Part shown: positions 1 to 10,679 of the stretch, one piece after another
Position numbering within the stretch: the first letter of the stretch is position 1
Layout: the number at the start of each line of letters is the position of its first letter
Virus record (IMG/VR): IMGVR_UViG_3300021495_000067
Length of the DNA: 64,000 nt
Direction: 5' to 3' (one strand)
Origin: an uncultured virus (IMG/VR IMGVR_UViG_3300021495_000067)
Taxonomy: Duplodnaviria; Heunggongvirae; Uroviricota; Caudoviricetes
Notes under the pieces: model-generated
Told to the model about the DNA's origin: nothing
The model's database searches: none
What the model saw: the letters and a program-made list of their open reading frames with translations, nothing else
Made by a program: the position numbers and the translations under genes

Positions 1-120
1 TTACTCTCCTCTTCTCTCTTATTTTTTCAGATAGTAACAATAGTAAGCTCAGTATGAGAAGACCTACTATCCATCCAATTACGAGTAACAATGCTTCTCT
101 TGGGGTGAACATTTTTACTA

Positions 121-486
121 CTACAACCATCTCAACCATTTCTTAGCCTCCTCCTCCTCTTTAACCTCCTTAAACCATTTATTTTGCAATTCATCACCAA
201 GATTATGTGGCTGATATTCATATTTTTCTATCAAATCCTTCAAGCTCTTCACTGTCTCAATCATTTTCTTGTCCTTGCAATAAGCTTGAATATTTGAGAG
301 ATTGAATGCAACGCCTTCAGTAAAGCAATATGAAACAAATCGACATTTCCTACATTTTCTTTCGTAAAACTTCTCTATTCTCAACTGGTATCGCCAGTAA
401 GCTTTGAATATCTGCTCCTTAAAGCCAATTATTTGCTGTTCCACAGCATCACCAATCTTTTTAATTATTGCTTCTTTTTCTCCCAT
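121..486 (-). CDS. Hypothetical protein with Cys cluster (CRKCRFVSYC)
   Basis: 121-aa ORF overlapping the upstream ORF in an operon-like arrangement. Confidence 0.6.
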   Translation of the reverse strand: MGEKEAIIKKIGDAVEQQIIGFKEQIFKAYWRYQLRIEKFYERKCRKCRFVSYCFTEGVAFNLSNIQAYCKDKKMIETVKSLKDLIEKYEYQPHNLGDELQNKWFKEVKEEEEAKKWLRWL

Positions 487-764
487 TGGGCTTTCACCAT
501 TTCTCTTAATCTTCCTACCATACCTTCCATGAAATCCACTGTTTCTTCTTCACCTGTCTCTTGCTCTATCCATGTTATCTTCGCAAGCTTGTTGTATAAT
601 GCATAGAACAGAAAGAACTTGAACCCTTCATGGTCTGAAAAGACTATCGCATCATCAACGAATTTTACATATACATCGCCTGCAAAATATGAGTTTCCAT
701 CTCTGAAATATAGTCTTAAATCTTTTACTTTCATCCCTTTTCCTCTTTCTTTACTTATCATCAT
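465..764 (-). CDS. Hypothetical protein
   Basis: ORF overlapping both neighbours on the minus strand. Confidence 0.55.
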   Translation of the reverse strand: MMISKERGKGMKVKDLRLYFRDGNSYFAGDVYVKFVDDAIVFSDHEGFKFFLFYALYNKLAKITWIEQETGEEETVDFMEGMVGRLREMVKAQWEKKKQ

Positions 765-2368
765 TTTCCTTTCTTTTTATAAATCTGGATTTTTACTTTA
801 TTAGGCAACTCTACCTCTTTAATTTTTCTAAACTCATTTATATGAGTTTCAAAAATATAATTTGCCTTATACAACTGTTCTCGCTGGATAGTTCCTTCCT
901 TAAATTGGTTCTTATAACCTTCAGGTACATACAGCACGAAATCATGCTGTTCAATCCTACCCGGATATTCGTAATAATAAAAAATAAAAGGTAATTTTTC
1001 TCTGAATGCATAATACTCAACTGTCTTCCAATTCATGTATGGATGATTATACAGCATTAAAACATTAACAGGAGCTTTTTCAACATTTTGAGCTATTACA
1101 CCTAAAATCTTTTCCACTTGCCAATCTTCCTGCTGAGGCTTTATCGGGTTAGGATAGAAATGATAAGGTACTGAAACTGCTGGCATACTAAATGTTATAG
1201 TTGATAGTTGTAGGATCCCTATCAAACTGACTCCCAACACTACTACCTTTTTCAAGTTTTTCAAGCTCGCTATCCAGTATCCTACTACTAAAACCAAGAA
1301 AATTAAGATAGGTAGTGTATATCGTGTATCTTTGTTGCCAGCGATTGAAAAAATGATAAATGGAACGAGAATTGAAAAACCAACCAATAATCTTTTATCC
1401 CTGCTTATAACATCTTTAAATTTCAAAAAGAACGCTATCAATCCTATAACCATCAAAACAGAGAAAAATAGATAAGATTGGATGTTTACTGCATTGATGT
1501 AATACCAGAATCCCATTAACCCTGTTGGGTCACCTTCCACTGCTCCATAATACGAAGATGCTCTTATCAGCCTTCTAAATACTGATAAATTCGGCAGATA
1601 CCAGAAACCTGCAACAACTACAAAAATCAGGATTGAAAATATGAAATTATGCATATTTGTTAAGACAAATCTTCCTTCGTTAAGGAATTTCTGTTTATGT
1701 CGCTCTGAGCAGAACAGTAAAAACTCTCTTCTTATTATTTTCTTCGCAGGATTCAATAATCGCCCACAATAAGCACAATGTTTCGGCTCTTTTACGCATT
1801 GCCACAAAACCCAGCACAGAGGCACAAAAATGAAAAATATCGCTGTCCACTTGACTAAAACCATAAATCCTAATCCAGCTCCAAAAATTAATGAATACTT
1901 CAAATTATGGAAATTTTCGGTTTTAATAAGTAAGTAGATAGCGAGCGAGATAGCACTCACCAAACCAAAATCAATCAAGAAATCATGCCTGAGATTGATA
2001 AGCATAGGAATAAATGAGATTATTAATGCTGAATATAATCCTGCTTCTCTATTAAATAAAATCTTTCCTATGCCATAAACCGAAAATATGAGAATACCGA
2101 GATAAAGGATATTAACTAAGCATCCAGCATCGTAGGTCTGTCCAAATAAACCATAAAACGGTAATGCTGAAAGATGAAACCCTGGCGGATAATAGTTTGA
2201 GGTTGTTTGAATATTATAACCCCTGAGATACGCCTGAGTAAGAATTAAATGTGCAGACTGGTCCCATGCTGGTGGTCTCGTGTCCTTGAAAATAAACCTG
2301 ATATCGAGAATTGAATGAAAAATAAATAAAACTAATAGAGCTATGTAATCTATATATTTTTTGTTCAT
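761..2368 (-). CDS. Multi-pass membrane glycosyltransferase, GT-C fold (ArnT/PMT-like, GT39/GT83)
   Basis: N-terminal TM helix, then PPAWDQSAH and YYPPGF loop motifs; many TM segments; LVKWT and KDTRY motifs. Confidence 0.85.
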   Translation of the reverse strand: MNKKYIDYIALLVLFIFHSILDIRFIFKDTRPPAWDQSAHLILTQAYLRGYNIQTTSNYYPPGFHLSALPFYGLFGQTYDAGCLVNILYLGILIFSVYGIGKILFNREAGLYSALIISFIPMLINLRHDFLIDFGLVSAISLAIYLLIKTENFHNLKYSLIFGAGLGFMVLVKWTAIFFIFVPLCWVLWQCVKEPKHCAYCGRLLNPAKKIIRREFLLFCSERHKQKFLNEGRFVLTNMHNFIFSILIFVVVAGFWYLPNLSVFRRLIRASSYYGAVEGDPTGLMGFWYYINAVNIQSYLFFSVLMVIGLIAFFLKFKDVISRDKRLLVGFSILVPFIIFSIAGNKDTRYTLPILIFLVLVVGYWIASLKNLKKVVVLGVSLIGILQLSTITFSMPAVSVPYHFYPNPIKPQQEDWQVEKILGVIAQNVEKAPVNVLMLYNHPYMNWKTVEYYAFREKLPFIFYYYEYPGRIEQHDFVLYVPEGYKNQFKEGTIQREQLYKANYIFETHINEFRKIKEVELPNKVKIQIYKKKGK

Positions 2369-2518
2369 CGGTCTTTTAAAACCATAAGTTCTTCAATTTC
2401 GTTTTAACTCTTACTTCAATCTCTCTCAGTGCTTCTTTCTCACTTATGTTGAAATATTCCTGTAAAAATCGAATAAAAGTCTGAAAATGTCTATCCATAT
2501 ATTCAGTTTCTTTTTTAG

Positions 2519-2776
2519 TTAGCATTTTTCATTTGTTTTAGATTTCTTCTCAAATCTTACTTTCAAACTCCCACCAAGCGCAGTCCAAAATACATTAACA
2601 AAATGCTTACAAGGATTAATAGGTTCATATAGTCCCATTATTTCCCCATAGAATCCTTCTTCAGGTTTTAATTGTATTACTTTATGACAGAATGGGCACT
2701 CCACTTTATTATCTACAACAAGAACATGTCTTGCTCTTGTCTTTTTTGTTTTCTTTGTTTTAGGCATAATTTTCAC
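2519..2776 (-). CDS. Small Zn-ribbon protein
   Basis: CPFC...CKH motif and basic N-terminus. Confidence 0.55.
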   Translation of the reverse strand: MKIMPKTKKTKKTRARHVLVVDNKVECPFCHKVIQLKPEEGFYGEIMGLYEPINPCKHFVNVFWTALGGSLKVRFEKKSKTNEKC

Positions 2777-2782
2777 CTCTTT

Positions 2783-5611
2783 TTATGCATAATCAGATAA
2801 GCTAAAAGCCACTCGTGATTTCCATTCCTGCTTCTTGCCTCTGTTCCATACCCTAACAGGTGAGTAATACCCGACAACTCTTGACCATACATCTGTTACT
2901 GAGCCACACACTGGACAGATTGGTTGTTCACCTGAAAAATCTCGATGGCAGTTCTGGCATACTGAGAAAGTTGGCGTAATCGTGAAATATGGAAGTCTTG
3001 TGCGCTCTACTAAGCGCTGGACAAGAAACGGAATAACTCGTTTGTCTGGTCGCTCTGGTAGGAATGTATGAAATACTGTGCCACCTGTGTATAGAGTTTG
3101 TAACTGCTCTTGATGCCTAATTGCTTTGCCCAGATTCTGAGTATAATCCACCGGGAGTTGCGTTGAGTTTGTATAAAATGGATTCCTGCGAGTTCCCGAT
3201 ACATAGCAGTTCTTTAAAGTTCTCACATCTATCTTTGCCAGCCTGTAAGAAGCACCCTCAGCAGGTGTCGCTTCTAAGTTCCAGAGATTGCCTGTTCCCT
3301 CTTGATATTCCACCAGAACATTTCGCATGAAGTTCAATACCTTAATCATGAACTTCAAACCTTCTTCATCCGCTATTGAATATCCTAAGAAATTTTCACA
3401 GCATTCATGCCCACCTACTACACCGATTGTTGAGAAGTGGTTATCCAAATTTTTCAAGAAAATCTTTGAGAATGGCATTAATCCTTTTTCAAAACTGCTA
3501 TTGCATATTTTTCGTTTGATTTCAAGTGATTCCTTCGCCAAATCCATGTAATACCTGAGTTTTTCAAAGAATTCATCTTCATCTTTTGCAAGATAGCCCA
3601 ATCGTGCAAGGTTTATTGTTACTACGCCTATGCTACCGGTTGTATCACCAAAACCAAATAATCCACCTGTTTTTCTTTTTAACTCTCTTAAATCAAGATT
3701 GAGATGACAACAGTTATGAGTGATTATTCCATTAGCTAACTGAAAAGTATGCTCTTTGTTGTCAATCTCAAAATCATAAACATAGCCTGTATATCTTTCT
3801 CTTTCTATCTTTACAATTTTTACTCCATAGAAATCACCATAATCCTTGTATTTCTGGTTTTTACCTTTCTTTAATCTGAAGTAGTCAATGAACCACTCAG
3901 GATTACCTGCTGAAAACCTTAAAGTATAACTTAACTTGTTCTTTTCGCCTGTCTTGTTCTTGGACTCAAAATAGGTTGTGTTCACTCCAAGACTTCGAGC
4001 TAATATCAAGATATCGAAGATTAAATTCTTGTTTCCTAAGTGAATTGAAATATTATTTCTTTCCTTGTTTATGTTTCCGTCACTTTCTATCATCCCCACC
4101 AGCAAACCACGTCTGAATTCTATGGAACGAGCAAAGACCTTAGAATTTAATCTTTTATTCAATGAGCCTTTTCCTCGCACATATTCCTGTATTATTTCAA
4201 CCAATCCTCTGCTGGCAATAGAAACTTTGCAATAATGATGCCTTTCATTGCAAGAGATAGTTACAGAAGCAACAAAACGCTTCTCAGCAATATCTTTAGT
4301 AAACCGAATCAATTCGCCTTCCCTTGCATTAAAGACAATGTTTAAAGTAGCACCGTTGTGGTCAATCCATCCATCTCCTACATAAAGACCAACCAATCTT
4401 CCTAAATCAAAGTCTCCCAATTCACCTTCGTATGGATATTTGGCAAACGGAAATTCATCTCCTATATGCAAGTCTTTACTTTCTATCGTCTTTAGTTTCC
4501 CATCTCTGATTACTAAAGATGGATGGTCTAATGTCATTTTGTCAACTATCCCATTATCTAAAGTCACTTTCAATATTTCTTCATTTTCTAACCTCAGCTT
4601 TATCACATCTTTAATTAATTCAAATCTTCCATTAACTAAGACTCTAATTGGATTACCCCTCATTAAGAAATCATCAACAATTCTCCTAATTTCACTTTTT
4701 GCAATCTCACCGCTCGCATTTTTATAGATAATTTCTGTCATTGGTAACTTGCACATTGCTCGCACATCGTGAGGATTCAACCCCGTATTTTTGCTACAAT
4801 TCTGGAAATAAGGCAATCCGAATTTCGCTGTTGCCTTCGCTAACCATTGCCCTACCTCAGATTCCCAATCAAAGTTGTCCTCTGTCATCATGTATGTTGG
4901 TATCGGGAACTTGAAAATTGATGAGTTCGCATCGCCTTCATACATTACCTCAAGAAATGCGCAGTTAAACATGTCTATCTCTTCCTGAAAATCAGCATAG
5001 ACCTTATCCTGCATCTTGCCTCCAATCACAACCCCTTGGTTCATTAAGTCATCCGCAGGCTTTAAATCAAATGAGAAATTCAAAAATGGTGTTTCAAAGC
5101 CCCATCTTGTAGGCACATTGATACTGTGCACGAATTCTTGTATCGCTTGTTTTACCTGTTTGTAGCTCAATCCATCGTATCTGATAAACGGTGCTAATAG
5201 CACATCCACAGTATTGTATGCTTGAGCACCTGCCCATTCCTGCTGAACAACTCCTACACAATTCAAGAGTTGCCCTAATGCTGAGCTGAAATGCTTTGGT
5301 GGATGCGATTGCACTACTCCTCTTACGCCACTGAAACCTCTCAATAAAAGGTCTTGTAACGACCACCCTGCACAATACGAGACTATACCACTCCCTAAAT
5401 CGTGGATATGGAAAAAACCGTCCACATGCGCTCTACTGATTTCTGGTGGATATATATGCTTCAGAACATACCTCGCTATCTCACTTTCCGCTAAGAACGC
5501 TTTTAAACCACCTACACTGCGTAATCTATTTGCATTTTCGTTTGAACCGTCCTGACTTGACCGCCAACTGCTACCGTCTACATACACCTCAATTCTATTT
5601 TTTCTTCTCAT
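2783..5611 (-). CDS. nrdD: Class III (anaerobic) ribonucleoside-triphosphate reductase, intein-containing, no ATP cone
   Basis: HIHDL, YCAGW, FPIPT, GSIGVVTINL, EATPAEG and YTGGTVFH motifs; CxxC...CPVC Zn site; glycyl-radical loop RVVGYY. Confidence 0.95.
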   Translation of the reverse strand: MRRKNRIEVYVDGSSWRSSQDGSNENANRLRSVGGLKAFLAESEIARYVLKHIYPPEISRAHVDGFFHIHDLGSGIVSYCAGWSLQDLLLRGFSGVRGVVQSHPPKHFSSALGQLLNCVGVVQQEWAGAQAYNTVDVLLAPFIRYDGLSYKQVKQAIQEFVHSINVPTRWGFETPFLNFSFDLKPADDLMNQGVVIGGKMQDKVYADFQEEIDMFNCAFLEVMYEGDANSSIFKFPIPTYMMTEDNFDWESEVGQWLAKATAKFGLPYFQNCSKNTGLNPHDVRAMCKLPMTEIIYKNASGEIAKSEIRRIVDDFLMRGNPIRVLVNGRFELIKDVIKLRLENEEILKVTLDNGIVDKMTLDHPSLVIRDGKLKTIESKDLHIGDEFPFAKYPYEGELGDFDLGRLVGLYVGDGWIDHNGATLNIVFNAREGELIRFTKDIAEKRFVASVTISCNERHHYCKVSIASRGLVEIIQEYVRGKGSLNKRLNSKVFARSIEFRRGLLVGMIESDGNINKERNNISIHLGNKNLIFDILILARSLGVNTTYFESKNKTGEKNKLSYTLRFSAGNPEWFIDYFRLKKGKNQKYKDYGDFYGVKIVKIERERYTGYVYDFEIDNKEHTFQLANGIITHNCCHLNLDLRELKRKTGGLFGFGDTTGSIGVVTINLARLGYLAKDEDEFFEKLRYYMDLAKESLEIKRKICNSSFEKGLMPFSKIFLKNLDNHFSTIGVVGGHECCENFLGYSIADEEGLKFMIKVLNFMRNVLVEYQEGTGNLWNLEATPAEGASYRLAKIDVRTLKNCYVSGTRRNPFYTNSTQLPVDYTQNLGKAIRHQEQLQTLYTGGTVFHTFLPERPDKRVIPFLVQRLVERTRLPYFTITPTFSVCQNCHRDFSGEQPICPVCGSVTDVWSRVVGYYSPVRVWNRGKKQEWKSRVAFSLSDYA
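3713..4753 (-). mobile_element. Intein with LAGLIDADG homing endonuclease (347 aa) in NrdD
   Basis: Starts CKLPMTEII after DVRAM and ends YVYDFEI...GIITHN followed by Cys. Block B TLDHP; LAGLIDADG motifs LVGLYVGDG and LVGMIESDG. Confidence 0.92.
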
Positions 5612-5625
5612 TTTTTATTTGCCTC

Positions 5626-6066
5626 CTATCTCCTTACAAGGCCTGCATCTATATGAGCATTTTCGGCATCAATAAAACCTTTGAAAGATGATATTGCTGT
5701 AACTATTGCTATAGCCATGAAACCCCATGCACCTAAAAGTATAATACTTGCAAATAACGGCAATACTATAAAATTTATTAAAATTGAATTTGAGCAACTA
5801 CATAAACTTCCATAGTAACCGATAATAGCTGATATAAAAAGTAAAATAGCAAGAGTGAAACCCCATGCTTGAGGGTGAGATGCTAACAATCCTTTTTGCT
5901 GATTCACTATTATATCAGTAACATTAACATTATTAGAACTTTCTATTAATAGTTTCTTTTCTGAATTCTCCATCATGGAATATGTGCTTGCTACAAAATA
6001 TGTTGTACCAACCATAAGAAATAGGACTAATGTAGCATGGAGACCAATTTTTAAAAAATCCTCCAT
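5626..6066 (-). CDS. Membrane protein
   Basis: Three to four hydrophobic segments; GAGGTGA RBS. Confidence 0.7.
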   Translation of the reverse strand: MEDFLKIGLHATLVLFLMVGTTYFVASTYSMMENSEKKLLIESSNNVNVTDIIVNQQKGLLASHPQAWGFTLAILLFISAIIGYYGSLCSCSNSILINFIVLPLFASIILLGAWGFMAIAIVTAISSFKGFIDAENAHIDAGLVRR

Positions 6067-6351
6067 TTTTTATCACCTCTTTTTCTCCTTCCTAAAAACA
6101 AAAAATCCGATTCTTCGTATCGTCGTCTCAAAAATCTAAATGTTCTATTTTTCTTTGTTATAAACTTCATTTTTACTCAAATACTATCAACATCAATACC
6201 ATAATCATCCCATATCTTATCTTTGAATTCTTCACTGATTTCTCTTGGCTCTGGCTCTACACTTACAACTTTCATTTCTGTTCCATATATAAAATTTCTA
6301 ATTTCCAAAACAATTTTTACCTTTTCCTCATTCATTTCTTCCCCCCTCCTT

Positions 6352-6645
6352 TTATATTTTTCTCGCTCTAATAAGTTTTGCAACTGCTTTATAACAATTG
6401 CCAATGTAATCACAAGTCGCTGCAAGACTCTCTATCCAATCCTCTACACTTTCGGTAGTCATACCTGATACTTCATACAACAAACGCAAGCTCATCTCTG
6501 TGACTCTATCAACTTCACGATGTTGCCAACCTATATGACTATATCTCAAACTTGTAAATCTACCTTCATCATAGAATTCTGCAATGCTCTTGTTATCCAT
6601 TAATTCCTCTCTTTTTCGAGTAAACCAGCCTTTACTGTTACTCAT
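6352..6645 (-). CDS. Hypothetical protein
   Basis: ORF coupled to the upstream ORF (ATGA overlap). Confidence 0.55.
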   Translation of the reverse strand: MSNSKGWFTRKREELMDNKSIAEFYDEGRFTSLRYSHIGWQHREVDRVTEMSLRLLYEVSGMTTESVEDWIESLAATCDYIGNCYKAVAKLIRARKI

Positions 6646-6848
6646 TTTCTTTGCTCACTTCTCCTTTTCCTCAAAATACACTCTATTATCCCGATTCTCC
6701 GAAATATCCTATCTATATCCTCAAAATGCCTGTATGCTTCCATTCTCAAAAATATTTCAAATATTTTTAGTTCTTCACTGGTTAGCTCGTTGAAGTCCTC
6801 TTCGGTTCGATAAAATTTGCCTTTCTCTATCATTTTATTATTTTGAGT

Positions 6849-7199
6849 TTATTCATTATAAAGTTTTAATTCCTCATCTAAGACACTCTCAAATATAAGT
6901 TTAAATAGCCAATCATTGTATTTAGTATATCTATTTCCTAACTCCACAATGTATGTCTCTGTTAATCTATCGTATTTCCAATCAATTGTAAACTGCTCAT
7001 CAGAAAACAAAGCAGGTTTGTCTTTATATCTAAGATAGAACTCACACGCAGATTTGATACGCTGTTTGATATATTTTTCAATCTCGTATGCTTTTCTGAA
7101 ATCTCCAAAATCAGCCTCAATGATTTTTAGAATCTCTCCAAAATCCAAATCCAAAGATTTTAGCTTATGTTCATTGTTATTCTCTTCACTCATTTTCAA
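6849..7199 (-). CDS. Hypothetical protein
   Basis: ORF with GGAGGTGA RBS. Confidence 0.6.
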   Translation of the reverse strand: MKMSEENNNEHKLKSLDLDFGEILKIIEADFGDFRKAYEIEKYIKQRIKSACEFYLRYKDKPALFSDEQFTIDWKYDRLTETYIVELGNRYTKYNDWLFKLIFESVLDEELKLYNE

Positions 7200-7385
7200 T
7201 CACCTCCTTCCTTTCTTGATTTTTATTCTTTTCCAATTCTCTTACTGAACCAATAGCATACGGTTTCTCGTGAAACCACAAAGCTGTGTTATCCTCAAAG
7301 ATAATCACGAATTCGTTTTTGATTGAAGTCTTCACAAAGTCCTTTATCTTCTTTATCTTCTTTCCAATATAAAATTTTAAATCAT

Positions 7386-7709
7386 TTAGCATTTTTCAAT
7401 CACCTCCTCTTTTGTTCCGAGATTCTCTTCCTCACATTCTTTACATATATCTCCTCTCTCTATCTCTTTTCCGCATAGCATACAGATATTTATCTCTTCA
7501 CACTCAAGAATTCTGTAATAGTGCATATATGACCCTTCAAACGGTTCAGCCGAAACAGCAGACAGCGAAGAAGGAAAGAAAGTTATTTTACGATTATACC
7601 TATCTATCTCCAGAATCTTGCACCTGAGATTCGACCAAAGGATTTCATCGCCTTCTCTTAGTTGTGATAATCTCACTACCTCAATTTTTGCCTTCTTTAC
7701 AACTTTCAT
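7386..7709 (-). CDS. Hypothetical protein with C-terminal Zn finger (CMLC...CKEC)
   Basis: ORF with GGAGG RBS and paired CxxC motifs. Confidence 0.6.
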   Translation of the reverse strand: MKVVKKAKIEVVRLSQLREGDEILWSNLRCKILEIDRYNRKITFFPSSLSAVSAEPFEGSYMHYYRILECEEINICMLCGKEIERGDICKECEEENLGTKEEVIEKC

Positions 7710-7718
7710 TTTATCCTC

Positions 7719-8306
7719 CTAACCTTCATACTCCTCATTATAGGAACTAAACTGCATTTTTGTTATAATCAATTTTAAAACATATAACGGGAAACGAGGA
7801 TGCTTTCTGAGCAGATATAGCAGATTACCAAACTCTGTCTTTGGCTTAATCTTTTTATGCGGATAATGATAAACACAATCTCTGCTCAATCTTATAATCT
7901 TATACCCTTTCTCAACTGCTCTTATACACCATTCTGTTTCATCACCATGCGCTCTCTCATCAAATTTGCCTATTTCAATCCATGTAGATTTCGCAAACAT
8001 CATTAATCGCCCGATTACAAAAGGACTTGGATAATAAGCCTCTAACCCGATTATAGCATGTTCATCCGCAAGCTCTCGTAACAACCCTAAGAAATTTTCG
8101 CTAAACTCAATATCGTCATCGCACAAAATAATCCATTTTCTCGTAGCACGGCAAATACCATTATTTCTCGCTGCACCGAGTGGCTTTTCATGTGAAATAA
8201 TAATTTCACATTCTTTAGGAATGGAATTGATAGTATGGATTGTTTGCCTATTCGTTGGTATTACAAAGCTAATATCAGATAAATCAACAGGATTTTTTCT
8301 CATCAT
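7719..8306 (-). CDS. Glycosyltransferase family 2 (GT-A)
   Basis: ISFVIPT, GAARNNG, LCDDD (DxD), GKFDE and GDETEW motifs. Confidence 0.9.
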   Translation of the reverse strand: MMRKNPVDLSDISFVIPTNRQTIHTINSIPKECEIIISHEKPLGAARNNGICRATRKWIILCDDDIEFSENFLGLLRELADEHAIIGLEAYYPSPFVIGRLMMFAKSTWIEIGKFDERAHGDETEWCIRAVEKGYKIIRLSRDCVYHYPHKKIKPKTEFGNLLYLLRKHPRFPLYVLKLIITKMQFSSYNEEYEG

Positions 8307-10000
8307 ATTACCTCCTTCTCTACCTTTTCTTTAATGCTTCCTCTCCATAAGCTTCTTAAATATCCAAATACACTTCTATCTGGTGACCATAATTCCACCC
8401 AATCGTTCTCATGTCTGACTCCTCTTCCCAATGTTTGAATAAACTCTCGCTCCGCTATATCATGATAATACTGCCAAAAAACCTTATCGCCAAGCTTTAA
8501 TTTCATTGCTTTCAAAATCGGGTCATTCATATCAGGAAAAGGAAATTTAAGCATTATAATGCTCCTGCACTTATCATCCCTCAAATCAACTCCTCGTTTC
8601 ATTACCGTAGAGAAGGTTATATCACCATTCTTTGTTCTTAATGTTCCTACCTTGCCTCCATCTAATTTCTCACGAATATTATCGGGCAGGTATTTGAAGG
8701 CGTGGACAGTAACCAAGCATGGTTTCGATGATTGCTTGATTGCCTCTGTCAAGTTCTGCCAGTATCTCTGCCTGAACACTTCATATTTCCAGTTTCGGTA
8801 AGTTACTCTGCTCTCTGTTCCTATCCGCTTTGGATAAACAGTGCCAGGGAATTTTGTTTCCCCCTCAACAAAGCAATAGTTATCAAGCCCAAAAACATTC
8901 TCAAGCACTTCCTGAGACTGGAAAGTTGCTGACATAAATAAAATTTTCTTTGCGCTTAGTTTTAGCAATTCTTTCAATACCTTGTTTGGTTCTGGTATGA
9001 AATACTCAATTCGTTCCTTTTTAACTGAGACATAGCATTCTTTTATGAATTGAAAAATATCCATATAGCTATTTTCTTCACCTATATCCTCCAAAAACTT
9101 CGCAAATTTTTGCAGGAATTTTATTTCAGTCTCTCTGATTTCGCCTTCGTAATCTTTTGTAGTAATACGCAGAAAATCATCTTTAATTGCATTTAGTCTG
9201 TTTTTAATCTTCTCCGAGATATTCTTTTTCTTTTTCAGTTTCTTTTCTAACCTCTTGATAGTTCTGAGGCTGATTGCTTTTCTTAAGGTTAAGTTATCCA
9301 GAAATGTATCTCCTTCATCAACTATCTCAACAGCTTTAACAGGCTTTCTCTTGAGTATTAAGGTTTCAATTTCCCAGATAGCTGAATTCATCAGAACAAC
9401 ATCAGCATAGACATAGGCATTGCAGTATTGCTGATAGTAGGGACAAACCTCCTCGTTTCTTCTCAATACTGAGAATAAACCACCAACTGCTTCATAATGT
9501 AAAGTTTCAAATCTACAATCCAGCTCCTCACAGTATTTCTTCTCAAGTTTGGAATGAATAACAGGCGAATAGTAATCACATTCCTCAGCCATCTCAACCC
9601 GTGATAAATCATCATGCAGAGGCGCTACACAAGGTAGTTTTCTATCGTTACATGCAACCTCAGGGTCATATAAGCACCTGAAATTGCCTCGCCCTTTTAT
9701 TAGCTCTATCCTCAACCATCCACCATCCTTTTTAAGGATTCTGTATCTCCCCTGCTTGCAGTAATCCCTAACATACTGCTGTTGTAGTGTTTTTGTAGGA
9801 ACAACTACTATTCCACCATTCAATTCATTAGCTACCATCAGAGCTATTGCTGATTTTCCTGTTCCTACTGCTCCTTGAAGAAAGATAATATCATAAGAAT
9901 CAAACAACTCCACAATCTCCCTAACGACTTGGTCTTGCCCTTTTTCGTTAGAGTAAAGCAGTGGAGGCACTATCTTGTCATCTCGGTATAAAGCCCACAT
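8303..10000 (-). CDS. SF2 helicase, DinG/XPD(Rad3)-like
   Basis: Walker A GAVGTGKS, PTKTLQQQY, KGRGNF-C plus Cys-rich Fe-S-like region, VDEGD, MSAT, RGVDL, KFPFP and QTLGRGVRHEND. Confidence 0.88.
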   Translation of the reverse strand: MWALYRDDKIVPPLLYSNEKGQDQVVREIVELFDSYDIIFLQGAVGTGKSAIALMVANELNGGIVVVPTKTLQQQYVRDYCKQGRYRILKKDGGWLRIELIKGRGNFRCLYDPEVACNDRKLPCVAPLHDDLSRVEMAEECDYYSPVIHSKLEKKYCEELDCRFETLHYEAVGGLFSVLRRNEEVCPYYQQYCNAYVYADVVLMNSAIWEIETLILKRKPVKAVEIVDEGDTFLDNLTLRKAISLRTIKRLEKKLKKKKNISEKIKNRLNAIKDDFLRITTKDYEGEIRETEIKFLQKFAKFLEDIGEENSYMDIFQFIKECYVSVKKERIEYFIPEPNKVLKELLKLSAKKILFMSATFQSQEVLENVFGLDNYCFVEGETKFPGTVYPKRIGTESRVTYRNWKYEVFRQRYWQNLTEAIKQSSKPCLVTVHAFKYLPDNIREKLDGGKVGTLRTKNGDITFSTVMKRGVDLRDDKCRSIIMLKFPFPDMNDPILKAMKLKLGDKVFWQYYHDIAEREFIQTLGRGVRHENDWVELWSPDRSVFGYLRSLWRGSIKEKVEKEVI

Positions 10001-10005
10001 TTTTG

Positions 10006-10677
10006 TTATTTCTCACTATTAATCTTGTAAAACCTTTCAATAAACCTCACCAGCCTTTCTCTTTCTATTGTAGGCATATAGAACGATTCTTTTGTTGTGG
10101 TTCTCTGTGCCACGAGAAACCCCAACTTTTTGAATTTAAACAGCACATTCCTCGCTTTCTGCTCGTTAGGGAAATTGAACCTCTCTTTAACTTCTTTTGC
10201 TGTTACAGTATAACTGGGTTTTCCCAATATCATCCCAATTAACCCTGTCGCATATCTCTCATTAAGAACTTTAAATAGCCATTTATCTTCGTCATCTGGA
10301 ATATTTATTTTATCCTCTTCCTTTTCTAATATCCATTTTGAGGCTATTCTTATCAATTCAGCAACATTAGGTGGTGAGAGAGGATACGCCATATTTGTTA
10401 TTTCATCTTTTATTGTTAGCCTACGCCTTCCTGTCTTTAAGTCCTTTATTCCAAAGACCAATAGATTTTTATTTGTCATTGTCCTTATCTGCCCTTCTAA
10501 TCTATATTTATAAGGATGAGTAACAAGTTTCTTTACACCAATTACCTTCTTATTTGCAAATGTAACATTATTTATAAGCCTCCTCTCCCAATCTATCTCG
10601 AATTCCAGTCCTGAGATATCATCAACATGTATCTCAACACTCTCTCCATTCTTTCTTAGTTTGCTGTTATCTATCAT
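10006..10677 (-). CDS. Hypothetical protein with probable C-terminal winged helix
   Basis: C-terminal VTAKEVKERFNFPNEQKARNVLFKFKKLGFL pattern. Confidence 0.5.
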   Translation of the reverse strand: MIDNSKLRKNGESVEIHVDDISGLEFEIDWERRLINNVTFANKKVIGVKKLVTHPYKYRLEGQIRTMTNKNLLVFGIKDLKTGRRRLTIKDEITNMAYPLSPPNVAELIRIASKWILEKEEDKINIPDDEDKWLFKVLNERYATGLIGMILGKPSYTVTAKEVKERFNFPNEQKARNVLFKFKKLGFLVAQRTTTKESFYMPTIERERLVRFIERFYKINSEK

Positions 10678-10679
10678 CT

